Shown here: positions 1 through 7,341 of the stretch, in pieces
Layout of the letters: every line of letters starts with the position of its first letter
How positions within the stretch are numbered: position 1 is the first letter of the stretch
From: Candidatus Methanomethylicia archaeon
GTDB taxonomy: Archaea > Thermoproteota > Methanomethylicia > Nezhaarchaeales > B40-G2
DNA length: 15,759 nt
Reading direction: 5' to 3'
Assembly (NCBI GenBank): GCA_029259155.1
Contig: JAPDJI010000047.1
Span: 1 to 15,759 of the forward strand
Notes under the pieces: model-generated
Seen by the model: only the letters and a program-made list of their open reading frames with translations
The model's database searches: none
Told to the model about the DNA's origin: nothing
Position numbers and translations under genes: made by a program

Positions 1-99
1 CTCAACGCTCTTAAACTCTCCTTGGCTTTCCTCCACCCTACGCTTGATTTCATCGTATAGCTTACGAGGAATAGTTATGGACACCCTCTCCTCCGACAT
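1..99 (-). CDS. Ribbon-helix-helix (CopG-like) protein, N-terminal part; runs off the left edge
   Basis: Not in ORF track. ATG at 99 preceded by TTAGGTA. Hand translation MSEERVSITIPRKLYDEIKRRVEESQGEFKSVE aligns with TTVSIPVVLYNKIKELIRDTGFTSVS of the 1621-1875 protein (RHH strand-helix-turn pattern). Lies 38 nt downstream of cysC on the same strand. Confidence 0.85.
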   Translation of the reverse strand, partial: MSEERVSITIPRKLYDEIKRRVEESQGEFKSVE

Positions 100-137
100 T
101 ACCTAAGGCCCCCTAGAAATAGCTGGTTGCATAGCTA

Positions 138-695
138 TTAAGCCTTAGCCTCAATCAACAACGGTTCAAGCACAGCTAGCACTCTATTGACGCTTTCCTC
201 CACGGATTCATGCTCGGTATCCACCGTCACCTCAGGGGTTAAAGGGGGCTCATAGGGATCGTCCAGCCCCGTCATGTGTTTAACCTCACCGGCTAAAGCT
301 TTCCTATAGAGGCCTTTAGGATCCCTCTTCATACAGGTCTCTAGACTACATTTAACGTAAACCTCAATGAACCTTAACCCCTCCTCCTCCACGATGGATC
401 GAACCTCCCCTCTAACATCACGGTAAGGCGACACAAAGCTGCAAAGCACCACCACACCGTTCCTAGCGAGCAGGCGAGCTACCCAAGCCACCCTTAAGAG
501 ATGAACCCTACGCTGCTCCTTCGTAAAACCTGCATCGGGGTTGATGGTTCTCCTAACCCAGTCCCCGTCAAGCAGCTCCACCCTAAAACCCTTTGAACGA
601 AGGTCTTCAGCCACCCTACTAGCCACCACAGTCTTACCGCTAGCTGGCAGTCCAGTAAACCAGACAACGGGTGCCCTATCCAAGATTAATGTCAA
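138..695 (-). CDS. cysC: Adenylyl-sulfate (APS) kinase
   Basis: P-loop WFTGLPASGKT, LLDGD, SFVSPY, RDPKGLY and TGLDDPYEPP are characteristic APS kinase motifs; TTG start. Confidence 0.96.
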   Translation of the reverse strand: MTLILDRAPVVWFTGLPASGKTVVASRVAEDLRSKGFRVELLDGDWVRRTINPDAGFTKEQRRVHLLRVAWVARLLARNGVVVLCSFVSPYRDVRGEVRSIVEEEGLRFIEVYVKCSLETCMKRDPKGLYRKALAGEVKHMTGLDDPYEPPLTPEVTVDTEHESVEESVNRVLAVLEPLLIEAKA

Positions 696-727
696 GCCTA
701 GGCCCCAATAACCTTAACCTAGACCCA

Positions 728-764
728 CCTTAAAGCTTGACGACTACGACAGGAAAGCTTAAAT
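728..764. promoter_or_regulatory. Back-to-back archaeal BRE/TATA promoters for cysC (-) and the tauE-RHH-sat operon (+)
   Basis: Plus strand GGAAAG-CTTAAAT at 752-764, about 40 nt before the tauE start. Minus strand CAAG-CTTTAAGG at 739-728, about 33 nt before the cysC start. Confidence 0.55.
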
Positions 765-781
765 CCAAGTTGCGGCGGCCG

Positions 782-800
782 ATTTAATTACATTTAATTA
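782..800. repeat. Tandem direct repeat ATTTAATTA x2 (10-bp period), candidate operator
   Basis: ATTTAATTA at 782-790 and 792-800, immediately before the tauE start in otherwise ~50% GC sequence. The repeat is seen directly; the operator role is inference. Confidence 0.45.
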
Positions 801-803
801 AAA

Positions 804-1583
804 GTGATGTTAATGGGGTTAGAGCCCGCTGTTGCTCTGCTCGGGGTCTTCGTAGGCCTACTAGTTGGCTCGCTTGGGGTCGGTGGAGGAGCCATAACCA
901 CTCCTACCCTAATCCTGCTGGGCGTAGCCCCCATCAACGCTGTGGGCACCGACCTCCTTTTCGTTCTTCCCTCAAAGCTGTTCGCCACCTTGCTGTATCA
1001 TCGAAGAGGCGAGGTGGACGTAACAAGCATTAAGAAACTGTTGATGGGTGGAATCCCCGCCATAATCTTATCCTACATCCTACTTGTCACTTACATGAGA
1101 GGCGTAGGGATCGAAGGCGTCAACAACGCGATTAGGCTTCTATTAGGCGTCCTTCTCATAGCTGTCTCCTTCACCCACTTAGCCAAGATAGTCCTTGAAA
1201 AAGAAGCGGCTAAACACCATAACCTTCCTCCCTTAAGCCTAGAACTAGTAGGCTTCATTGCCAGCGCCCTCCTATTCTTCACCTCTGTGGGGAGCGGGGT
1301 GATAGTTATGGCAGTTCTTCTTCACCTCTTTTCCTCCTCTCCTAGAAAGGCTGTTGGAACCACTCTTGCCTACAGCTTAACCGTCACCTCCATCACAACC
1401 GTCTTCTACGCAGGCCTAGAAGCTATAGATCTAAGGCTAACTGCAATCCTGCTTCTAACCGGCCTGCCAGGGATCTACCTGGGCTTCAAGGCTATCAAAG
1501 CGGTCCCTAGAAAACCTCTCATTGCTATGGTAGCTGTGAGCATTCTCCTCCTCGGGTCTTCACTACTGTTCCTTGGAGGTTAA
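804..1583 (+). CDS. TauE/SafE (TSUP) family sulfite exporter-like permease
   Basis: About 8 hydrophobic segments with internal duplication of the family motifs GSLGVGGGAITTPTL...AVGTDL and TSVGSGVIVM...AVGTTL. Start may be GTG 804, ATG 807 or ATG 813. Confidence 0.9.
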   Translation: MMLMGLEPAVALLGVFVGLLVGSLGVGGGAITTPTLILLGVAPINAVGTDLLFVLPSKLFATLLYHRRGEVDVTSIKKLLMGGIPAIILSYILLVTYMRGVGIEGVNNAIRLLLGVLLIAVSFTHLAKIVLEKEAAKHHNLPPLSLELVGFIASALLFFTSVGSGVIVMAVLLHLFSSSPRKAVGTTLAYSLTVTSITTVFYAGLEAIDLRLTAILLLTGLPGIYLGFKAIKAVPRKPLIAMVAVSILLLGSSLLFLGG

Positions 1584-1620
1584 GGACCATGTATAGACAA
1601 ACTTTTATGAGGTGGTGGCG

Positions 1621-1875
1621 ATGAAGGTCACAGGTCAAACCGACATGAACGATGAGAGGAAAGGGAGATACACCACGGTGTCCATACCCGTCGTCCTCTA
1701 CAATAAGATAAAGGAGCTGATCAGAGACACAGGCTTCACCAGCGTATCTCAGTACGTCGCTTATATACTGAGAGAGGTCGTCGCTGCACACGAGGAAGCT
1801 AAGATGGCTGAACCCTTCACTGAAGAGGATAAGAGAAGGATCATCGATAGGCTGAGGAAGCTAGGTTACCTATGA
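1621..1875 (+). CDS. Ribbon-helix-helix (CopG-like) protein with acidic C-terminal tail ending RLRKLGYL
   Basis: YTTVSIPVVLYNKIKELIRDTGFTSVSQYVAYILRE fits the RHH pattern. GAGGTGG RBS at 1609-1615 favours ATG 1621 (ATG 1645 is an alternative). Stop is 1 nt before the sat start. Confidence 0.85.
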   Translation: MKVTGQTDMNDERKGRYTTVSIPVVLYNKIKELIRDTGFTSVSQYVAYILREVVAAHEEAKMAEPFTEEDKRRIIDRLRKLGYL

Positions 1876-1876
1876 G

Positions 1877-3034
1877 GTGGTAAACGTGGTGTCTAGGCCT
1901 CACGGAGGACGCCTCATTAACCGAGCTGTCACAGGCCGCAGGAAAGAAGCCTTAATCGAAGAGGCAAGCCAGCTACCTAAGGTGGAAGTCACCTTCGAGA
2001 CGGCCGTAGACATAGAAAACATAGCCTACGGGGTGTTAAGCCCTCTTGAAGGCTTCCTAAACCAGGAAGACTACCTACACGTGCTTCAGGACATGAGGCT
2101 GAGCAACGACACCCCTTGGACCATACCTATAACGCTCGACGTAGACCCTGAGGAGGTGGCAGGCGTCGAGGAAGGAGACGACTTAACATTAACTTACCTC
2201 GGCAAGCCGTTGGCCATAGTGAAGGTGGAGGAGATCTACGGCTGGGACAAGAAGGAACACGCCTCAAAGATCTACAAAACCTTAGACCCAGCCCACCCAG
2301 GCGTCGAGGAGACTTTTCGACGCAAGGAGCTCTTCATAGCTGGCCCTCTAGACCTGATAGGCGAGGTACCCAACCCCTACGAAAAATACACCTTACGCCC
2401 CATAGAAACCAGGATACTCTTCCGCGAGAAAGGCTGGAGGTCCATAGCAGCCTTCCAGACACGCAACGCCCCTCACCGAGGCCACGAATATGTCCAGAAA
2501 GCAGCCCTCACCTTCGTCGACGGACTCTTCATAAACCCGCTCATAGGTAGGAAGAAGCGAGGTGACTTCAAAGACCAAGTAATCCTAGAGGCTTACGAAG
2601 CTCTCATCAAGCACTACTACCCTAAGGAGGTCGTCGTCTTAGCCATACTGAGGACGGAGATGCGCTACGCAGGGCCTCGCGAAGCCATACACCACGCCAT
2701 TATGAGGAAGAACTTTGGCTGCACCCACTTCATCATCGGCAGGGACCATGCAGGTGTGGGGAACTACTACGGCCCCTACGAGGCCTGGGAGATCTTCAAG
2801 GAGTTCCCCGACCTAGGAATAACTCCGCTTTTCATAAGGGAAGCCTTTTACTGTAAGCGCTGCGACGACATGGTAAACGAAAAAATCTGTCCGCATAGCG
2901 ACCGGGATAGGCTTTACATGAGCGGGACCAAGATAAGAGAGCTACTTTCAAGAGGAGAAAGCCCTCCAGAGTACATGATGAGGCCTGAGGTTGCAGAGGC
3001 CATACTGAGACACGGATCCCCCTTCATAGAGTGA
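1877..3034 (+). CDS. sat: Sulfate adenylyltransferase (ATP sulfurylase, Sat type)
   Basis: PHGG, SPLEGF, FQTRNAPHRGHE, MRYAGPREA, GRDHAGVG, zinc site CKRC-x8-CPH, SGTKIR, MRPEV. Confidence 0.97.
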   Translation: MVNVVSRPHGGRLINRAVTGRRKEALIEEASQLPKVEVTFETAVDIENIAYGVLSPLEGFLNQEDYLHVLQDMRLSNDTPWTIPITLDVDPEEVAGVEEGDDLTLTYLGKPLAIVKVEEIYGWDKKEHASKIYKTLDPAHPGVEETFRRKELFIAGPLDLIGEVPNPYEKYTLRPIETRILFREKGWRSIAAFQTRNAPHRGHEYVQKAALTFVDGLFINPLIGRKKRGDFKDQVILEAYEALIKHYYPKEVVVLAILRTEMRYAGPREAIHHAIMRKNFGCTHFIIGRDHAGVGNYYGPYEAWEIFKEFPDLGITPLFIREAFYCKRCDDMVNEKICPHSDRDRLYMSGTKIRELLSRGESPPEYMMRPEVAEAILRHGSPFIE

Positions 3035-3040
3035 AAAGCC

Positions 3041-4384
3041 ATGAGGAAGCTGCTCGTTATAGGCCTAGACTCAGCGCCTCCCTCCATCCTCTACGACCAG
3101 AAAACACTGAACGAGCTACCCAACCTAGCCAGCCTCATAGGAGACGCCGCGAGGTACGAGCTAGTCAGCTGCCACCCGCCCATAACCATCCCGGCCTGGG
3201 CAGTCATGGTAACCGGCAAAACGCCAGGCGAACTGGGGCTCTACGGTTTTCGCCACCGTAAACCGGGGAGTTATACCGAGATTTACATAGCAAGCTCCCA
3301 TAGCGTAAAGGATCCTACCCTATGGGACTTCGTAGCTAAGAAAGGCGGTGAAAGTCTAGTCGTAGGTATACCTCCTTCCTATCCGCCAAAACCCTTGAAG
3401 GGATGGTTGATAACAGACTTCATGACCCCCAGCTCCGCTAAGCAGTACACGTGGCCTCCTGGCCTCAAACACGAGATAACAAGCCTATTCGGCGACTACG
3501 TATTCGACGCCGAGTTCAGGACACTCGATAGAGATAGGCTGGTGAAGGATCTATGGAACATGACTAAACAGCACTTCAAGGTTCTAAGACACCTCTTATC
3601 CAGCAAGCCTTGGAGCTTCGCCATGTTCGTTGAGATAGGCGTCGACAGGGTACAGCACGCTTTCTGGGGGTACATGGACCCCACCCACCGGAAATACCAG
3701 CCAGGCAACCCCTATGAACAAGTAGTCCGAAACTACTACAAGCTAATAGACGAAGAAATAGGAGAACTTCTGAAAACTATTCCGCGTGACGCCGTGATAA
3801 TCACGGTTTCAGACCATGGAGCTAAACCTATGAAAGGAGCCCTCTGCATTAATCAATGGCTAGCTGAGCAGGGATACCTAAAACTCGAGGAACAACCAGC
3901 CAATCCGGGCATCGATCTAGGTAAGCTCAAGGTAGACTGGTCGAAAACCATAGCGTGGGGGTGGGGAGGCTACTATGCTCGAATCTTCCTAAACGTAAAG
4001 GGGAGAGAGCCCAACGGAGTAATAGATCCAAGCGACTACGAATACTATAGAGACCTGTTGATCGAGGAGCTCAAACGCATAAAAGGCCCCAGCGGCGAAC
4101 CGTGGAACACCAAGGCCTACAGGCCTGAAGAGCTCTATCCAACATGTCGAGGCGACAAGCCAGACCTCATAGTCTACTTCGACAACCTATACTGGCGGAG
4201 CGCAGGAACCCTAGGCTGGCCTTCAAACTACCTACCTGAAAACGATACCGGCCCAGACGACGCCGTACACGACTGGATCGGCGTCTTCGCTATCAAGGAC
4301 CCTGAAAAAACAGTAAGCCAAGGAGACAAAGGAAGAATCCGCATAGAAGACTCCTTCAACCAAATGAAATCATTCATAACCTAA
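3041..4384 (+). CDS. AlkP-superfamily phosphodiesterase/nucleotide pyrophosphatase-like protein (COG3379-like), cytoplasmic
   Basis: Metal and nucleophile motifs IGLDS, PPITIPAW (Thr nucleophile), DRVQH, SDHG and a C-terminal H (AVHD). No signal peptide. Starts 6 nt after sat. Confidence 0.88.
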   Translation: MRKLLVIGLDSAPPSILYDQKTLNELPNLASLIGDAARYELVSCHPPITIPAWAVMVTGKTPGELGLYGFRHRKPGSYTEIYIASSHSVKDPTLWDFVAKKGGESLVVGIPPSYPPKPLKGWLITDFMTPSSAKQYTWPPGLKHEITSLFGDYVFDAEFRTLDRDRLVKDLWNMTKQHFKVLRHLLSSKPWSFAMFVEIGVDRVQHAFWGYMDPTHRKYQPGNPYEQVVRNYYKLIDEEIGELLKTIPRDAVIITVSDHGAKPMKGALCINQWLAEQGYLKLEEQPANPGIDLGKLKVDWSKTIAWGWGGYYARIFLNVKGREPNGVIDPSDYEYYRDLLIEELKRIKGPSGEPWNTKAYRPEELYPTCRGDKPDLIVYFDNLYWRSAGTLGWPSNYLPENDTGPDDAVHDWIGVFAIKDPEKTVSQGDKGRIRIEDSFNQMKSFIT

Positions 4385-4878
4385 ACAACAGGTCGAAAAG
4401 CCACATAACACCATTTTTATCAACGAAAAAGCTTGCAGTTAAAAGAAGGGAAGATGAAGATGTTCATGACGAGCGAGCCTAACATAGGCATGAAACCGTA
4501 GAGCCTAATCGAGCTTCCCTTCATTAAACGGACTGGACTTGATAGTGAGGTTACTGGGGACGATGGCTAGACGTATAAAAGCTAAGTGCTCAGGGAGTAG
4601 TATTAAGGCAAAACGCATCATAGGTTGCTATTAGAGTGAAGCTTGGGCTCAGAGGGGCCAGCTCTACATAAACCTACCACAAAAACAATGATTCGAACCG
4701 AGCCAAATCAGAGATTAACCCCCGAGTACGCCTCCTGATTCGGGGTTAGCGCCATATTTTCTACGATGTTCAGGAGCCTCCAGGCTACATCAAGCCTTCA
4801 AGAAACAATATTTGAACGCTGAAAGAGCTGAAGGCTTCCACCTGCAACAACCCCATGCTACCTCACGCAAACCTAGCC

Positions 4879-5211
4879 TTACAGGAGCTTTACCCAATAT
4901 GTTGAGGCGTCTTGAACAACGATGCTCCTCCTCTTAGCCTCCTCAAACTCTACAGGCGTATAGGCCAGGATCTCAAAGGATACGTCCCTCGGGGCCAGAG
5001 CTCTAACCATAGCGATCCTCTTAGCCAGCTCGACCCCCTCGAAATCATCGGACACCACTATTAAGTCCACATCACTATCCTCGAGCCAATCACCCTTAGC
5101 GTAACTCCCATAAAGATAGACCTCTACGCCCCTATACCTTCGCGCAACATTCTCGAGTAGGACGTTTATAGCTCGCTTGACCCTCTCAGGCAGGTTTAAG
5201 TTTTCTCTCAA
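4879..5211 (-). CDS. Minimal nucleotidyltransferase (MNT) antitoxin, copy 1
   Basis: YLYGSYAKGDWLEDSDVDLIVV matches GS-x10-DxD; overlaps the end of the upstream HEPN gene. Confidence 0.92.
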   Translation of the reverse strand: MRENLNLPERVKRAINVLLENVARRYRGVEVYLYGSYAKGDWLEDSDVDLIVVSDDFEGVELAKRIAMVRALAPRDVSFEILAYTPVEFEEAKRRSIVVQDASTYWVKLL

Positions 5212-5584
5212 CAGCTTTAACTACCCCTTCAGCTATGCTTACCGCCCTCTCAGCTTGGACACGCCCAATACTTAGCGAAGGCCTTCTCAAACCTGCATTC
5301 GGGTACCTAGCAAGCACGTAGTAAGCTGAAAGCTCACTTAGCCCCTGGCTAACCTCCTTAGGCAGTTCAAGTAAACCCTCGACTTCACCGTAAAGCACTG
5401 TAAGATCATATACGTGAGGCGGCCTCTTCCTAAGCAACCCTATCATAAAGGCTTTGAAACCTTTCTCAGCGGCCTGCTGAGCTATGAAACAAGCCCAATT
5501 AAAGCTCCCTGCACGTAAAGCTTCCCTGGCATGTTTCAGGTCTGCTAGAGCCTCCTCGAGCCAATCGTAGGCCTCAGCTCTAAC
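5186..5584 (-). CDS. HEPN domain protein (COG2250-like), copy 1; no canonical N-terminal start, possibly a pseudogene
   Basis: The frame stays open upstream of the ORF-track ATG (5446): VRAEAYDWLEEALADLKHAREALRAGSFNWACFIAQQAAEKGFKAF-MIG..., containing the conserved AQQAAEK and later YYVLARYPNA. In-frame stop at 5611-5609, with no ATG/GTG/TTG in frame between there and 5446. Confidence 0.8.
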   Translation of the reverse strand, partial: VRAEAYDWLEEALADLKHAREALRAGSFNWACFIAQQAAEKGFKAFMIGLLRKRPPHVYDLTVLYGEVEGLLELPKEVSQGLSELSAYYVLARYPNAGLRRPSLSIGRVQAERAVSIAEGVVKAVERKLKPA

Positions 5585-5625
5585 ACCAAAAAAATAACCC
5601 CTATTGACTTAACGGTCTTCACCAA

Positions 5626-5633
5626 GATATAAA
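5626..5633 (-). promoter_or_regulatory. TATA box of HEPN-MNT pair 1
   Basis: TTTATATC on the minus strand about 40 nt upstream of the HEPN N-terminus; SD-like AGGGGT at 5602-5597. Confidence 0.5.
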
Positions 5634-5982
5634 GAGAGCGGCTATGCATATCTCCGTTAAGGGTACGAGGTAGTTAACGCTTGAGATCAACGCCTCATCT
5701 TCATTACCGCAGCCCTCCTTCAATAATCCCTCATAAAACATTACAAAATCATTAATCGGGGCATCAGGACATGTCTAACTACCTAAAAACGTTAATGTTG
5801 TGACCAGCGGCGTCTTTGTGAAAACCACCATGATGGAGCCGTCCTAGAGGCGGGGCGAGAACTCATGAGCGATAGAACGTAACTGACTCCGATAGGCTGT
5901 GAAGAAGGCTAGGAGGTCAAGCGTAGAGCTACTAAGGGATGTGTAACGGAGGCTAGCCTAGGTGATAAAGTCCTCGTTTCTT

Positions 5983-6306
5983 CTATGCGATGCGCCTCCA
6001 GTACTTAGAAGCATCGATGAGAACGGCACTTCTTCCCACTTTCTCCTTGAGCTCCTCTGGGGTTAACGGTATAACCTCTACGTGAGGCCTAACCTTCTCC
6101 TTCCACTGAACCTCCTCTACTAGCTCAAGCCTCTCCATGAAAGACATTTCCTTAAAGCCCCTTGAAACCACCACCAAGTCCACATCACTACTCCTCAGCC
6201 AATCACCCCTAACGCTACTGCCGAAGACATAGGCCTCCTCTACGCGTATTCTTCTTGATAAAGCTTCAAGGAGGCGCCTTACCGCTAGCTCAGCCTCCTG
6301 CCGCAT
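5983..6306 (-). CDS. Minimal nucleotidyltransferase (MNT) antitoxin, copy 2
   Basis: YVFGSSVRGDWLRSSDVDLVVVS (GS-x10-DxD); shares TPxE and DASxYW with copy 1; 22-nt overlap with its HEPN gene. Confidence 0.92.
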   Translation of the reverse strand: MRQEAELAVRRLLEALSRRIRVEEAYVFGSSVRGDWLRSSDVDLVVVSRGFKEMSFMERLELVEEVQWKEKVRPHVEVIPLTPEELKEKVGRSAVLIDASKYWRRIA

Positions 6307-6689
6307 TCCTCCACCACCCTCACAGCGATTTTAAAAGCTCTCCTAGCTTCCACCTCGTCGACCGACTCGCTAGGTAAGCCATTAGCCGCATCGGGGTAGC
6401 GCGTGACCGTATAATACTTGTTTAAAACGTATAGTTGGTCTTCAACCTCCTCCGGCAGGTGAAAACCAGCTTCCTTCAAACCTAAGTATAGCTCCGTGAC
6501 GGTATGTATCTTCGGAGGCTCCTCCCTCCTGACAGCGAAGTATAATGCTTTAAACACTTTTTCAACAGCCTGCTGGGCATAAAAAGCAGCCCTAAACCAC
6601 CTCCTCCTAGACAAGGCATCCTCTGCATCAACTAGATCCTCCTGAGCCGCCTTAAACCAAAGCAAAACTTCCCTACGCAAGCTGACCAA
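6285..6689 (-). CDS. HEPN domain protein (COG2250-like), copy 2
   Basis: W..A..DL..A, FYAQQAVEKVFKA, PPKIH, YYTVTRYPDA. Confidence 0.92.
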   Translation of the reverse strand: MVSLRREVLLWFKAAQEDLVDAEDALSRRRWFRAAFYAQQAVEKVFKALYFAVRREEPPKIHTVTELYLGLKEAGFHLPEEVEDQLYVLNKYYTVTRYPDAANGLPSESVDEVEARRAFKIAVRVVEECGRRLS

Positions 6690-6705
6690 GTCTAATGGGT
6701 GAAGG

Positions 6706-6716
6706 GATATAATAAG
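6706..6716 (-). promoter_or_regulatory. TATA box of HEPN-MNT pair 2 (probably leaderless transcript)
   Basis: CTTATTATATC on the minus strand, 17-27 nt upstream of TTG 6689. Confidence 0.5.
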
Positions 6717-7341
6717 CCTAACGAAAATACAAAGATGCGAGAGACCGCTGGAACCCTAAGGCGTTTTCCTAGTATTCCATGTTCTTAAAGCCACGTAGAG
6801 TAGGCGGCTACAGTCTTCAACGCAGGGATGGGCTGATAGGCCTAAAACACTTTAGATCATCACTTTGCGAAGGTTACGCATATAACGACACCGTGAACCG
6901 TATCGGCGAGCTCAAAGGCATTAAACCCATGCACCGTATTCGTTATGAAGCTGGTAGTAACCTTAACCCTCACCTATCCACAAGTAGACTCCTTACCTAT
7001 CTTAGCAAGACCTGAACAGTTAGCTGGGACAATAGCTTTCCACGCACCTAAAAGGTCGCTAAACCCAACGGATCTCCTAGGAGAAACAACTCTTCCCCGA
7101 TCACCCGATCACGTTAAGAATGATGTTTATCAGTGAACGTGACTGCATAGGAAGGTTGTTCAGAGAGCTCCTCATCAACCTAGCGCGCGCGGATATGCTG
7201 GACAGTGCCAACATTAGCAGCAAGACTGATGTTGAAGCTGTAAAGGTTGGTCGGACGCCGTGTCCTCTCTACTTCAAGGTAGAGAGACCTGAGATTAAAA
7301 ATGCTATCATATAAATTAGATAAAAACGGGGCTTAGGGGCT

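Noticed and set aside
1877-3034. sat as a marker of dissimilatory sulfate reduction
   Set aside because: No aprAB, qmo or dsr in the window; pairing with APS kinase points to PAPS synthesis.
794-3708. Short antisense or alternate-frame ORFs (794-988, 1091-1282, 1525-1791, 2393-2578, 3031-3261, 3496-3708)
   Set aside because: They are shadows of well-supported genes and have no motifs.
4450-4500. Possible C/D box sRNA (ATGAAGA box C-like)
   Set aside because: No properly spaced CTGA D/D' boxes.
5078-5566. Identical 14-mer TCCTCGAGCCAATC in both MNT1 and HEPN1
   Set aside because: It encodes DWLE in two unrelated proteins; likely chance plus codon bias, not an element boundary.
6779-7314. 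Plus-strand ORFs 6779-7015, 6945-7136 and 7120-7314 as real genes
   Set aside because: Short, mutually overlapping, without clear RBS or motifs; not supportable without homology searches.
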